A stretch of DNA of 64,000 bases, taken from the NCBI GenBank assembly GCA_977017575.1, contig CDRNVI010000066.1, forward strand, positions 62,001-126,000, written 5' to 3'. The stretch's first letter is position 1. Every line of letters begins with the position of its first letter. Positions 17,949 through 32,141 of the stretch are shown piece by piece. A program made the translations under genes and the position numbers. This stretch comes from Paramoeba atlantica. Its lineage: Eukaryota > Protista > Discosea. Below the pieces are notes generated by a model. It ran no database searches. It was not told the DNA's origin and saw only the letters and a program-made list of their open reading frames with translations.

Positions 17949-20900
17949 TTACCACAGTTGTGTAAGCTCGTCCACAAGATGTTGCAGCGACTCCACAGTG
18001 TGCGTTTCGATCTCTGGGTTTCGATACCCGTTCATATCCTCCACTATGTCCTCCTGCTCCGGGAAGGAGAGGTAGCGGAACGTGTTCAGAAGATCACCAT
18101 CCACAACTCCCTCGGATGGGGCAAACGAGCGCTTCAACTGGTACTGACGACGGATCATCCACGTCTCCAGAGGTGCCATTCGTTCACCAATGTGTCGAAT
18201 CATGTCGAGGCCCGTTGTGCCTCTGTGCCCTTCCAGCGGAACAAGCATCGATAAAGACCCACTGACCCCTCCGTACAGAAGGCCGTTCTTCGCATAAATA
18301 AGTGACGCTGAACTAGGCGTTGCCGAGTGAGCTCCAAAGCAGTTAAGGATAGCCCGATTAATAAAGTCTCCCACATTAAAACGAGCCAGTATCCGTAGTT
18401 TTTGGGACTTTTTGCTCTCCGTATGTTGGTTAGGTTTATTTGAGATTGTCAAATTGTTCATGCTATCAAAGGAGGTAAAATAATAAACACCGTCTTTCGT
18501 ATTTTGTGGCGTACCTGCAACAGCTGTAACCCACTGAGGTACAACGTCCTCCGCCAAATATTCCAGAAAGCCGCGCAAATCATGATATTGGCATAGCGCC
18601 AGAGAACGAGAAATGTCACCAGCCATGAGAAGACCACTATCTGACTCAGCGTGCAAACAAGTGGGCATGACATTAATGTTGAGGAAACACTCTTTATGGA
18701 GTTCACGTGTATTACCACTGGTTTCTTCCCACCGATAAATCGTAACTTTCGTACCCAACGCTGCCACGAGTCTACCCTGGATGGTCTCCAGCGCTTGCAC
18801 CCCACTGGGCTCTGTCAGCACTGTACAGGGATGCAAATGACCATCGCTTTCCACTTGAAATACCATAATTCGGCCGGTTTGTGACATCACTTCTTCTACA
18901 TCGGCATGTGCGGTTGCTACAATCACATATTCTTGTTTATCGTTCCCCACTCCCAACTGTCCCACATGTAGCGCCATAGCCATTTCGTTAGACTTCGCAT
19001 CTAGAGCGTACGAGGCTAATTCCTCCCACTCGTTTACATCCACAATACGAATCGTATCTCGGACTTCCAGGGAGGAGATCCCATCTAAATGAGGAACGCC
19101 AGGATATCGTCGGGTAAGTAAACTAATCCACCCAGGATAGTTTGAGAGAGATCGCACCTTTACTGGGGCCTCCGCGAGTGCCGCGGTTTGAGCGGTGAAA
19201 GGCTGTAGTGAGCCCAACGTGGCCCTCTGCAAAACGCCCGACTCAGTTAGGAAAAGCAAAGAACGTGGGGCATCAATTTTTTCGTTTTGAGTTCCATGTA
19301 TTGGGCATAATCCATGCAAAGAGGGAACAGTCACTTTATTCACGGCAACATCGCCATCGGCAAAATTAACCACGCGTGTGCTTGGACCAATGATACAAAA
19401 ACATGTGGCATCAAAGTCAGAGATGGAGTACTCTCCAGGGCCTAAGTGCAAATATCGCGCAGTGCCACATAAAATATCCTTCTCACCAAAGTGAATGCGC
19501 CACCATTGTAGACAGCCTGATTGAAGAACTGTGAAAAGATAGAGGGAACCCGCCCAATTGCAGAAGTGTAGATATCGAGAAGAGGTTTCGGTTTTCAAGG
19601 TGTGCTTGCGCAGTGGAGCTTTTTTCGATTGAATAAGTAAGTTTATTGCTGTTTCTCCCCAGGTACTGAGGGCACATACCGTATTCTTCGTTTCGGGGCT
19701 AAAAAAGAAACCTATGCTTGCAATGTCATCATCAGAGGAGTAAATAGCATTTTTGAAACTGTATTGCTTGGTTTCATACGGTTCATCACTGAATGAATGC
19801 AGAAAGAGGTGGCGATACGTTGCGAACAGCACCCTGTTGTGTGCAATCATGGCCAGTGTGATATTCTCTTCCTCCGGTGGGAGAATTTGAAACAATGGTC
19901 GGCCAGAATTAAAATCACAACCCACAATAGATTCTGGGGTTACCTGAATGAGTCCGAAGGATTGAGTGTTCATATCTGTCAAAGTCCTTCCTAAACATAT
20001 GGTTGGATTATCATAGTTCAAGTAGGTCAATTTTTCTCGTTTCACTTCCTCAGAATAGAAAGTGAGACCAATCGCTTCGGATATTGTGTTTATGATAACA
20101 TGACTCCACGATCCTGTCGAATCTCTTATTTCCACATGAGACATGCGGTTCGCCCCTTCTATCAGAGAAACAATTTCTCCGGGTTGCAGCGAGACACCGA
20201 AATCCACAATACGAAGGGATCCATCCTTCAATCCTCCTCCACACAGGAGCAAACTGGAAGGCTCATCCGGTTGATTGGCCATATGCGTCATATCCAAAAT
20301 TGGACCAAGATTGGGTAGGAAAGTCACTACATGACCCCGCGATTCGGGAAAAGGCGAATTCTTATTTGTATCTCTCCTCCTTGATGACTTTTGAGAAGTT
20401 CGCTCCATGTGACTTGGTAGAAAAAGAAACACACTGTCACCTAATTTACTACCGACAAGAATCATATTCGTCTCGGACGTGTTATTTAGCCGAAGCAAGG
20501 TTGTTGGAGAAGGAATCAGCTCCAGATGCTTCGTTTCAACGGGAACAGAATCTTTTGCTGAAGGATCAACCGTGACGCCAAACAGTAGGCCATTGAGGTT
20601 CCCGACCAGGTATCGGTTTTCGGAAAGTCGAGTCCAGGACGTGGGAGGGGCACTTCGGTCCAATGTGTCCTCTGGATCGATATCTTCTACGTCTTCAAAA
20701 AAGGGATGCGCAACCAGGAGTCCATCCTTTTCGACGAACGTGACCTTACTATCTCCCACCAGTAGTACTTTAGTGCGAGAGAGAGGGATAATGAGATTCG
20801 CTGTGGGATCCATATTATCCATTCCTATCCTGTATAACAACCTGGGGAAGGTATTTTTCGTAATGGCAAAATCATACATGAGAAAGTCTCGTTGATCAGA

Positions 20901-21701
20901 GTAATTCCTCGATATCGCGGAGAGCAGAATACGCTTCTCAGTGGAAAATCCGGGGTGCGCACATAGGGAAACGAACTCCCGGTCAATGGGAACCGTATCT
21001 TGCTGCAGCGGTTGAAATTCGGCTAGCCGAACTTTTCTTCCTGTGGTCTTCATCAAATCCTTAGGCTCCGCATACCATCTCGTGACACACAAGTTTCCAA
21101 TTGTGGCGAATTGTATAAGCGATGTACTTTCGGAGTGAAAAGTAGAGCACGGAGTCGTCGCTGGGGCTCCTGCCTCCCCAAGGCTATCGTAGCTATACAC
21201 TGCCCTAAAGCCTCTCTCTGTGTGGTCGTATGCCCATACTTGAGCGTACCTAGGAAATAGAATCAGAATAGCAGACAGACTACTTAAGTCGGGTATTTCC
21301 TTGCCCTTGGGCCGCTTTCCCGATTTTCCCCTCTCCCACAGAGGCTTGCTAATGTAGTCTAATACTTCATTTGTTAACATCGGGACGACTTGCATTTCCT
21401 CAACTTTACCGAAATGAAGTGCAATGGAGTATAAGGGGGAAAATGGAGTCTCGGGCTCAGGACGTGATAGCAAGGCTAAACTGGATGATTCCTTCTTTCT
21501 CGAAGGGAGTGCATCTTGTGCTTTTCTGATAATATCCTCTTTGTCCCAAATCGTCAGCCTCTCTCCATGACAGGCTACCACATGCTGTGTTTCCGCACTG
21601 ATGAAGTTCCCTTGTGCAAGATGAAGAATCCGAGTTGGCTCTATTAAGGTTTTGTGGTAAAAGACCGGGGCATCTTCCTCAGAGTTGCTTGTATCCTTCA
21701 T
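17949..21701 (-). CDS. DDB1: DDB1-like beta-propeller protein
   Basis: PNLGPILDM, GGGLKDGSLRIV, GRIMVFQV, GDISRSL, RFNVGDFINR, GVVDGDLLNTF. Related CPSF160/SF3B3 assignments are less likely but not excluded. Confidence 0.75.
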   Translation of the reverse strand: MKDTSNSEEDAPVFYHKTLIEPTRILHLAQGNFISAETQHVVACHGERLTIWDKEDIIRKAQDALPSRKKESSSLALLSRPEPETPFSPLYSIALHFGKVEEMQVVPMLTNEVLDYISKPLWERGKSGKRPKGKEIPDLSSLSAILILFPRYAQVWAYDHTERGFRAVYSYDSLGEAGAPATTPCSTFHSESTSLIQFATIGNLCVTRWYAEPKDLMKTTGRKVRLAEFQPLQQDTVPIDREFVSLCAHPGFSTEKRILLSAISRNYSDQRDFLMYDFAITKNTFPRLLYRIGMDNMDPTANLIIPLSRTKVLLVGDSKVTFVEKDGLLVAHPFFEDVEDIDPEDTLDRSAPPTSWTRLSENRYLVGNLNGLLFGVTVDPSAKDSVPVETKHLELIPSPTTLLRLNNTSETNMILVGSKLGDSVFLFLPSHMERTSQKSSRRRDTNKNSPFPESRGHVVTFLPNLGPILDMTHMANQPDEPSSLLLCGGGLKDGSLRIVDFGVSLQPGEIVSLIEGANRMSHVEIRDSTGSWSHVIINTISEAIGLTFYSEEVKREKLTYLNYDNPTICLGRTLTDMNTQSFGLIQVTPESIVGCDFNSGRPLFQILPPEEENITLAMIAHNRVLFATYRHLFLHSFSDEPYETKQYSFKNAIYSSDDDIASIGFFFSPETKNTVCALSTWGETAINLLIQSKKAPLRKHTLKTETSSRYLHFCNWAGSLYLFTVLQSGCLQWWRIHFGEKDILCGTARYLHLGPGEYSISDFDATCFCIIGPSTRVVNFADGDVAVNKVTVPSLHGLCPIHGTQNEKIDAPRSLLFLTESGVLQRATLGSLQPFTAQTAALAEAPVKVRSLSNYPGWISLLTRRYPGVPHLDGISSLEVRDTIRIVDVNEWEELASYALDAKSNEMAMALHVGQLGVGNDKQEYVIVATAHADVEEVMSQTGRIMVFQVESDGHLHPCTVLTEPSGVQALETIQGRLVAALGTKVTIYRWEETSGNTRELHKECFLNINVMPTCLHAESDSGLLMAGDISRSLALCQYHDLRGFLEYLAEDVVPQWVTAVAGTPQNTKDGVYYFTSFDSMNNLTISNKPNQHTESKKSQKLRILARFNVGDFINRAILNCFGAHSATPSSASLIYAKNGLLYGGVSGSLSMLVPLEGHRGTTGLDMIRHIGERMAPLETWMIRRQYQLKRSFAPSEGVVDGDLLNTFRYLSFPEQEDIVEDMNGYRNPEIETHTVESLQHLVDELTQLW

Positions 21702-21900
21702 AAATGGTTACAGATGTATTATATCATAAAATTGTATATTCCACAAGTAGCATATTCCATACAATACACTTTAAAACTTTAAGACTTTCTATAGCTACCT
21801 AGGATATAGAATAAAGCTACGGTTGATTAGTAGAACAACACAACTAAAGCTAGTTTTTTTCCCTAAAAGCAAGTGCATTGAGAGCATCCACATTCTTAGC

Positions 21901-23190
21901 CTAGTCTCTATTTTTGACGTAAAATCGAGTTTTTCTTTTACCACCTTTATGATTCTTCTGAGTGGACTTCGCAAGCTTTTCACTTTTTCTGGCCTCCAGC
22001 TTTTTCAAAACCTGTACACTTTGAAGAGAAAATTCAACAATAGGGCGACGTTTTGAACCCCATATATGGGGATTATTGTTCAGCTCTCTCAGCGTCTTGA
22101 GCGCTTCTTCATGCGTGGCAAATTCCACAAACGCAAACCCCTTTGAAATTTCCGAATCTGCATGTTCCATCATTAACCTTACATCGGTTGGCGTTCCATA
22201 TTTTGAAAACAAATCGCACAGGTTTTCTTGTGATTCATTCAAAGGGATGTTATGGACACAAAGTCTGGTACGAGATACGTGATAACTCAAGTTTTTGAGC
22301 TTTTTCATTCGAATCGCGATCAATTGTTCCCGCTGCCGTATATCACTTGGAGAAACACCGACAGCAGAGGAGTCTGAAGCGGTAATGTAGCCTTCCCCAA
22401 GGAGGTAAAGATTTCTGTTATCTTGCGTTGTGGCCTTTGTTTTTTGCGTAGTAGTCGTTTCACCGACTTTTTCGCTAGTTTGAGTCTTCATCTTATTTTT
22501 TGCCTCAACGGGGAGACATTCTACACGTCTTTCCCCGAATATCAAAAATGGTTTTTGAATATGGTCAGGAGCATTCTGGCCAAGTTGGGCACGTCCGAAT
22601 ATCTCCTTCTTTTCAATTCTGTGTGATTTCCATTTCGTCTTTTCAGATTGGGACTCTCCTTGTAGCTCGCTCGCTTCACTACTTGTTTTGTTTCTTGTAG
22701 CGCACGCTAGCACCTCTTGTGCTTCTTCTGCCTTACAAAAATACACAAAGGCTGATCCCCGAGATATCTGAGTACGAGAATCCAAGACCACAAAAACGCG
22801 TCGTACTTCGCCGTACGCTTTCATGAACTCTCGAATATCTTCCTCAGATAAATCGGTAGGAAGCTGTCTCAGAAATACTCCGTTTTCGGCCGGAAATTTG
22901 TTCCTCATCAATTTTACTCTTTCCTTATGAGAGACGAGTTTGCGAAGTGAAGTTTGCTCATTCTCACTGTCACCAGAGCTACTGCAGTTGGACCCCTCAA
23001 GAAGATCTGAAAAATTTCTTTTGGCCTGGAGCGAATTAGAATCGGATGTCGGTTCTTCCGTCTCCCGGGCCTTTCGAGCGAGTGCAAGAATCCACGAGGG
23101 CTTTGTTTTCTTCTTCCGGACTATGTGGCGCCGTGGACCATGAGAAGCCTTTTTCTTATGTTTGGATCCAAGGTTTGAATGTGTTTTCAT
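21901..23190 (-). CDS. NOP4: Nucleolar RRM protein Nop4/RBM28-like
   Basis: RRMs with SRGSAFVYF and SKGFAFVEF; VSRTRLCVHNIP; LNNNPHIWGSKRRPIVEF. Confidence 0.8.
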   Translation of the reverse strand: MKTHSNLGSKHKKKASHGPRRHIVRKKKTKPSWILALARKARETEEPTSDSNSLQAKRNFSDLLEGSNCSSSGDSENEQTSLRKLVSHKERVKLMRNKFPAENGVFLRQLPTDLSEEDIREFMKAYGEVRRVFVVLDSRTQISRGSAFVYFCKAEEAQEVLACATRNKTSSEASELQGESQSEKTKWKSHRIEKKEIFGRAQLGQNAPDHIQKPFLIFGERRVECLPVEAKNKMKTQTSEKVGETTTTQKTKATTQDNRNLYLLGEGYITASDSSAVGVSPSDIRQREQLIAIRMKKLKNLSYHVSRTRLCVHNIPLNESQENLCDLFSKYGTPTDVRLMMEHADSEISKGFAFVEFATHEEALKTLRELNNNPHIWGSKRRPIVEFSLQSVQVLKKLEARKSEKLAKSTQKNHKGGKRKTRFYVKNRD

Positions 23191-23557
23191 GAATCAAGTA
23201 AAAAGGTCAAAAGGGGTATGAGCCGTTTTTGGGCTAGTATCCGAATTTTTTTTCGAGTAAGTTATTGTCAAAAAACGAGTACACACACCGTCAATACACA
23301 CGATTCTGCATTAGAAAAATAGGTACCTGCTTGATTTAAATTTACCAGATAGGTCCGGGGCAGAAATACCTACCGGTTCATTTGTTCCTTAGGACCCAAA
23401 TCCAAGGCTAGGGCATAACACGCCCCTCTCGTACACTGAAACTGAAAGTCATCAAAAATACACATTTTCTAAATAACAAACACAAAATCAGCCCCCTAAA
23501 AAAGCAGCACTCCCACCCCCTGTTTTCGTTTTTTACCCTGTACGCACCCCCCCCTTT

Positions 23558-24184
<627 letters not shown>

Positions 24185-24700
24185 TTATTGTGCGAGGAGG
24201 AGGAGTAGAGGGTTATGATGATGAATCTGGGAATCATGCATCAATTTATTTTTTGCGTCAAATGTGGAAGTTTCATTTTTTTTTACGGATAACCCTTCAT
24301 TTACAACGTGACTGTGTTTGTTAAAATTGGCACTCCAGGAATATTAGTACTATAAATATTTTTTAGCGAGAATGTGAAACAAGCTTTAAATCATTGCATC
24401 GTCATAGGGAAGCTTTCTGTGAATGTGATTTCACCATTTTATGTAGTAAACGTATTTGTATCTGATGTTTTGAATTTCCAATCTCACATTCTCAAGTAGC
24501 CAATTGCTTCACTGTAGAGCAAGATTGAAATATGGAACATAAAAAAAGATGGGCAAGATAAAAAAGTATTTTTGAATGGCTCTAACTCCAGAAAAACAAA
24601 CGAGATGTCTATAGCAAGAAAAATTGTTATGATCGACACGAGGATGGACAGCGCCATTGAGAGTAGCAATTGACACACCTTTAAACTCACATCCGTAGAC

Positions 24701-27700
24701 TTATTTATTTTGCTGTCTTCCAATCTCCATAACGGCTTCGAACTGTGGGCATATTTCGGCGAACAAGCAATCATGAGATGGAAGACGCTTCGCCAGAGTA
24801 AAGGCCAACTGAAGAAAGTTGGTGGCAAAGTCGGTCATGTTTAAATGCCACAACTGTGTCCCTGCGTTCCATGCCACTACAACAAACCACTTGATTTCAT
24901 TCTCTATACAGTTATCACTAAATTCGCTTGACATACTCGAATCTGGAGAAATTGTTTCGGTAACGTCTTGAAGAGTTTGAAGTTGGTCCGTGCGCGACAA
25001 AATGCAAAATTCGAATTGTGTCCGGTAAAGAGTCAATAAGATCTTCGTCTTCTTTTCGGAATTTGCAGAATCACTGCTATTCACCGTTCTAAATATGTTT
25101 AATACTTTTCGAAGAGTCATGCGAAGGACGTCAACATACTCGGGCTTTACAGTAGATCCTCGGCAGAGAACGTCAACCAGATAGAGCCAATCTTCAGAAA
25201 AATTCACTTGATCGGGTATGTGAAAAATCGCATTTCGAACTTCTTCTGCATCAATTTCTCCCCGAATAGCCATACACGCATATAAAAACGAAAGAATAGA
25301 GCCCAATTGAGTGTCTGTTGATTCCTCTACAGACGGATCCTGAGTGGCATTTTGAAAGCTTCGTAATTCCTGACTCATAAACTTCGCTTCATCAATCTGC
25401 TTTAGAACACGTTTCAAATAATCCCCCGGCACAGATTGGGTAGCTTCTTCTATAAACTCTTCTTCCGTTTTCTCTAGGGAACGAAAAATTTCATTAGCAA
25501 ATGTTCCTTCAGTAGAGCCGTCGTATATACGAACTAGGGTGATAAGAAATCCAAGAAAAGACGACAGGTACTTTTCAGTGGCATTTTTTACTTTAGCGCA
25601 TCGTAGAATTCTTCCAAGCTGAGCAGCCATGAAGAATCCTTCAACTGCTCTCGATAAATTCTCCCCAGAAAGAAGAGCAGCTGCTGACGTGTGCGTCCTT
25701 TGATGCCACCAATCAAGCTCATCCACGCTGTTTGAATCAAAGAACGCACTTGTCGGAGCAGCCTTAGATCCAATTTCGGAGTCGTTTCGCGTCCATAACT
25801 CTCGAGAAAGAAAGATGTACTTCTTGGCAGCCCAGAGATTGTGTGAGTGAACGGACCCGCCTTCATCTGTGGAGTCCGAGCATAGAACAAAATTGCGTAG
25901 AAGAAGGCGCCTTGTCGAAACGGGAACAGAGTTAAAAGAATCTGGGTGGTCTAAAATATGCATCAATGCTTTGCAACAAACTGAAAACTGACCCTTTCCA
26001 TGGCAATAATAAGCAGCCAGAGAGAACATGGAGGAAACAAGATGATGGGGCTCTCCACGTGCTGCAATTTCGAGAAGAGCTTGTTCTGCTACGATTAAAT
26101 CGTTTTCTTCCATCGCAAGCTGCATTCGTAAATATTGTCCATGTACATTTTGCGGCTCGATAGCCAATGCTCGTGATAGCACGATGGAAGATGATTTCTC
26201 GCCTAAAGACATGTATTCACGGGTTAGCTGCCGAAGAAGCTTCGCTAAGTCATGCGGATTTCCTGCTTCACAGAAGCATTGTGCACACATGATCCATGTG
26301 ATTACATGTAGTTGTAGGGCGGAGGGCGCTTTGTTCGGTTCAATATTGTTGACGAAATCTGTAAGCTTATCTGTAGCTATCGGCGCCCGAACTTTAGATA
26401 AATCCCAAAATAAATGCGTGAAGCGACACCTTGTATTCTCGGGTAACCATGCCAAAGATGCCACTATGTTATCCCCAAAGGATGAAAGCATGTATTCATG
26501 AATTGAAGAATAGCGGGGCTTCATGTAATCTGTGGAGGAGGCATAATAATACCCATGCGAGAGATCACGAACTAGATCCACAGCTTTGCTTCTGGTCCAA
26601 TCGTATCTGCACAATAACTCTACAAGCTCGAAATAGGCGAATGCTACTTCGTGTGTGTTTTCAGGAGGAATTTCAGATATTAGCGTCTCCCGTAAAATAT
26701 GGTATGTGCTCTCAAAGATTGAAGTGAACCCTTTGTCTGTGAGTTGATCCTGAATAAGAGCTCCTAGAAAATATATACCGGCTTTAGATGCATGCTTCAA
26801 AAGGTGGTCTGGAAAATGAATCATATCAGTATAAAAGTGATGCGCTTCCTCGAAACGTTTCTCATCACAAAGAGCACGACAAAACTCTACCCCGATATCA
26901 GAGGTGAGTTTCACGTCCAGCGCTTCCCGAAGAGCCTGAGAAATAACACTTACATTTCCTGAAGTGCTGGTTTGCAACAAAACTGTCAATGTTCGATACG
27001 CTTTAAGCAAGTACTTCCGAAGACTAAGGCTTAGTGATTTGCCTAAATGTGTACGTGAATTAGGGCTCTTATTCTCAAGATCTGAATGAGTACCACCTAA
27101 TAGGGTGTGCTTATCATCGATAATTTCACGAGATTCAACAACAGAAGCACCTGGAGAACATATGCTCTCGTCTTCCACTATTGCATCCCGACATTCTGTC
27201 GGACGTTCAAGAACACATCCACGAAAAACATCTAACTCCATCGCCGAAGGTGGCAGCAACAATTTTTTTCGAAGAAGCACTATAAGGTACGCAACAAGTT
27301 CAATATGCAAGCACATAACGGCCGTGTCCGAGCTGGTACTGTTATCTCCCATGGAAAAATAATCAGGCGTAACCTTGTGCGTCTGGCTAGGAGACGATTT
27401 TGAGTCATCCAACAGATTTACATGCAACTTACTTGCTTCATCTATACAACATGCACATTGAATGCTACACTCAACTTTTTTTCGGCCTTTCAATGGAGAA
27501 TTAGAACGAGAATATTGAATCTGGTTTTCACTTTCGTCTTGATCATTTTTCTTCCATGTTATTAAAGCACTTTCTGGTAAACGTGTTCGAATTATTTCTA
27601 TCACAGCACGGGCGACCTGAGGCACACAGGAATCCGGCAAAAAGGGAACGCTACCAGACCATGACATTTGGTGAATTATATGAAACGAGCTGGTCGTAGG

Positions 27701-28547
27701 TTCTATAGCAAGGTATCCATTTTTTGTGGGAATAGCTTTTTGTGGGAATGTTCGAGCTAAAACACGCATTGGTTCGAGAACTGGAAAAATATTTGCCCGA
27801 AGAAACTAACAAGGCTTGTACAAGCTGCTTCATATACTTCACGCAGTGCCCTACTTGCCAGTTAGAATCCAATGCGCTCAGTGTACATAAATGTATTTCA
27901 CTCAAACACGATAAAATCTGATCGCGAATAAAATCAGGAAGGCGGTTTATTCCGCTATCGTCGACTACGATTTCAGAGTCGCCACAATTCAGTGACAAAA
28001 CATGACTAAGCAGTTCTCCGTATTGTGATGCACATTTTAAAGTTTTGATTGCCCACTGATGATTTCCATTTTCAGTATATGTTGTCGCCGACTTACATAA
28101 CATACGACACATTTCAGTACAGTACTTGACTGCATTATCGTGATTGTCTCGTAGGGTGTTCTGTAGGGCAAAAGCGTGTCCCAACCAATAAAAAGTGAGC
28201 GCTAAAGTGCGTGTTCGGCCTTCAAGCTGTTCGCGATTGAGTACTTCAGAATCCCTTACCATTTTGCTCAACGAACTTGTTTTAGCCACAGAATTCCAAA
28301 GCTTACAAGCCACATCTCTTAAGCGAGCTAGCTGTGCCCCACCAGAGTTATCTCCTCTGACCGCTTTCAAAGCTATCAGAATTAAATCATCAGCAGATCT
28401 TTCGAGTTTTTCTAGACAGAAGGCGTAGCCTGAGACATTTTTATGCAAATTCGGCGCGGTACAAGTATCAAAGGAACTCAAAAGGTTTTCAGCACATAGG
28501 CAAGTAATCTGTACGTGGTGTCCTACCGTTGTCCTCTCCATAAACAA
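24701..28547 (-). pseudogene. ZIP4/Spo22/TEX11-like TPR protein split by a 16-bp tandem duplication
   Basis: ORFs 27651-28547 and 24701-27769 join in frame (SSN-IPTK-NGYL) if one copy of the 16-mer at 27721-27749 is removed, giving about 1270 aa. VACKLWNS, helical TPR-like repeats and C-terminal EIKWFVVVAWNAG resemble TEX11/ZIP4. Confidence 0.55.
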
Positions 28548-29046
28548 AACTACTATTTAGCTGCTTAAGTTAATGCAGTAAAGTTGCTCTTGAACTTGAT
28601 TCTAAAGATTCGAATCTATATACTGGTATTAAGAGACGCAAGTCCATATCGATTATACATCGATCTACATACACTTGTATGTAGATGTCAAATTGTATAA
28701 GCCGTTTCTATAGAGACATGGAAAAACCGCTGCTATCTGTCATCACAAGTTTCCCATCAAGTATACAAGTGTAAGTGACACATTTATGAAAAAATCTTTT
28801 TGACTGCCAATGCTATTGTATTCCGACAACGCATCAGTTTTGCCTTTATCTAATAATGATTCTATGTTCAGGATAAGGAAAAATAACTACCAAAAAGAGA
28901 GATTGATCGGTTGAGGCTAAATAGCGTAGTACAGTCCTCTGCGACCCTAAAAACCAAGCAAGAGAAAAATGAAGTGACTTCAACCATTTTCGCTTTCCTT
29001 TCAGAAAGCAGTAAAATAAGTTCATAACGTTCAAAAGAGTATTTTT

Positions 29047-29535
<489 letters not shown>

Positions 29536-30393
29536 TTATACACAATTACATACACAATTATACACTGTATTATACACAATGTACCTGTAATAGCACTAAT
29601 GATCCAAAGAAAACGAAATAAAGATCTTACACTATACTACTATGCTGCGATGATTGCGTAACTACTGCTCTACCCTCCATTATTGAAGCCTGTCCCGTGA
29701 TTAAAAGAGGTATCCAAGAGATGAGATATTAAAAGAGGATAAAGGAGTTTCACAGTTAACAAGTGACAAAATATTTCAGTATAACAACGCTGTTTACTTA
29801 TCATAGTACACTCTTGCTGTATACTTCTGAAGGTGTCCTAAGGTTCAGTGCATGTGTCATCATCTTTGAAGAAAACTACTACTAGGTATAACAAGTGATT
29901 CGTTTAGTATGTACAAACGTTTCACTATGGTTGCACTCATTACCTGAGTACAGTGAGATGTGATCACTGAAGGATGTGACTCATCACCTGCAGCAAACTA
30001 GGACATTTGACAACATTAAAGATTTTAGGATAATGTACTTTAGTTCCCAATTTAATTTCCAAAATTTCTAAAGGAACTGTGAACGACGTGATCATACCTA
30101 GGCCCATCCTCACGATTTAAGTTACACCGAAAAAGTAGGTCAGGATTTTCAGTTCAAAACCAATTCTTGATTCGTTTTAGTCCATCAACTTATGGACTAC
30201 GTAATTATACACAGTTATACACAATTATTGCTAAATTTATCAGAAAGCGTTCGAATTATGGACGTTACGTTTCCAGACTGAAATCTACAAAAATATTTTC
30301 AGTTTTGATCAAAAATGTCATCATAGTTCATTCAGCTGAAACACGGATGTGATAATCACCAGGATGAATGTCTTCGGTTGAATACTTAAGATA

Positions 30394-30435
30394 ATTGCGG
30401 TGGTTGTATAACTACCGCCCTACCCTCGATTATTG
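30394..30435 (+). repeat. Dispersed hairpin repeat (also 36271-36312; partial at 29653-29686 and 30439-30463)
   Basis: ATTGCGGTGGTTGTATAACTACCGC(C/T)CTACCCTC(G/C)ATTATTG with 9-bp stem GCGGTGGTT/AACTACCGC. Confidence 0.8.
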
Positions 30436-32024
30436 CAGTCGTTGTAAAACTACCGCTCTACCCTTTGGAAAAAACACTCAACTTGGCGAAAGAAATGACA
30501 AAAGAAATATTTGGTTCACCGGCACTATAAACGTAGGTTGAAAACAAGTAAAATTTGTTTGAACAATCTTGCCCAAAAGGACTCAGGAAAAAGTTTTTGA
30601 TCTTTCGTTGATCTCTTTTCTTAGTTAATTTTTTTATTTTACTGTGCCCCCCCTTTAATGAAGAAACAATTTCGTCATTTGTCTCTATTAAAGGGGGGGA
30701 TGAAATGAAAATCCGAAACACGAAACAAAAATCGGTGCCGCTTCGCGGCGCCTCAGTTTCAGAAGCCTTTGCTTACAGGGGGCAAAAAAGTTTTGTCAAC
30801 AAAAGTCGAGGCGACAAATGTTGTGTCAACAAAAGTCGTGTTAATGCGAAAACGTGGTGAGGATCAAAAGTACAGTGGTTTCAAGATATCTCCCCCCCCG
30901 CGGAATTTTGAGTTTTTTTATCCGTTTAATTTTATACTTATTTTCGCAGCATTGGATAGATTCCGTTTTCCTGGTTAAGCGCTTTGCTGCCCTTTGTTTG
31001 TAGGGACCCCCTGGTACCCCCTGGGTCCAAAACACATGGTTTTAGGCTTCCTTCCAAGGTTCGTATTCATCAAGAATCTTGTTTTGGCTGTTTTTCGGGT
31101 CACTTCTGGTTCTGGTTACTTACCAGACCACACGTTTTTTCAATCAGATGTACCACCTACCTCTAATGGTAAGACTCCAAAAAACGTCCGAAATATGGAG
31201 AGAATCGGGTATTTGTACCAAAAGTTGGATTATTCTGGATTGTTTCGCAATTTTTGAGTCGGTCTCATTGGATATTGGATTTATTTTTGTATTTGGATTG
31301 GTTCCCCATGTAATCGATCGGGGTGGTTTCTCATTTTTCTTCGACGGGCACGAAAGGTTCCTGTGGGACCTCGTCCTCTCGTTAGAAATTGTTGAGGGTA
31401 ATAGATAATGCTTGACTAAATGAGGGAAACAATAGTTTTTTACAACAACAAAAATGGATTTTAACCTACATTTATAGTGCCGGTTACCTAAATATTTTTC
31501 CAAAATCGTTTGCCCTATTGTTTTATTTTGATAGCTTGGGACCTATACTAGCTTTCTCCGCAGTTGTTTTTGCCAGATATCCCTTCTTCAAGTCGTGGTA
31601 TGCCCGCGAAAATGACCCATTTTTTACTAAAACAGGTGAAAAAGTATTTTTCGGACCCCGAGGGGCCTTTTTGTGTCGAAATAATGGTGTGGTTGGAGTC
31701 GTATTCTCTACCCCATACGTTCGGTAGGTTTTCATTCATGCCTACGAGTGATTTCACACGCGTCCCAAATGTCGGATTTAGTGCTCTGACATCAAAAATA
31801 TCCAAAAATGACCCCATTTTTACCTAAAAGTCGGCTATTTTTGGCTATAATCTTTCTGTTTTCTTCAGCTTTCCAGGCCAATTTTTTTTAGGATCTTCGT
31901 TAACGCGGTGGTAGTTTTCAAAGCGAAGCGCACAGCATGCGTGACTTCTAAGTTAAAAACAACCACAGCGCTTCAAAAAGAGCCTAAATAAATTTTAAAA
32001 CATACTGTTGTAGACTTTATACTA

Positions 32025-32141
32025 CCGTAGAAACGGAAATTAAGGTGAATTAAGAATAAGAAAACTTTAATTAAGGAAATAATTTCGCGTCACAAAGAAA
32101 TCTTCCTTAATTAAAATATTCCTTAATTTCCGTTTCTACGG
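32025..32141. mobile_element. 117-bp MITE, Tc1/mariner (Tc2/pogo)-like ends
   Basis: TA|CCGTAGAAACGGAAATTAAGG ... CCTTAATTTCCGTTTCTACGG|TA: perfect 21-bp TIR. Confidence 0.8.
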
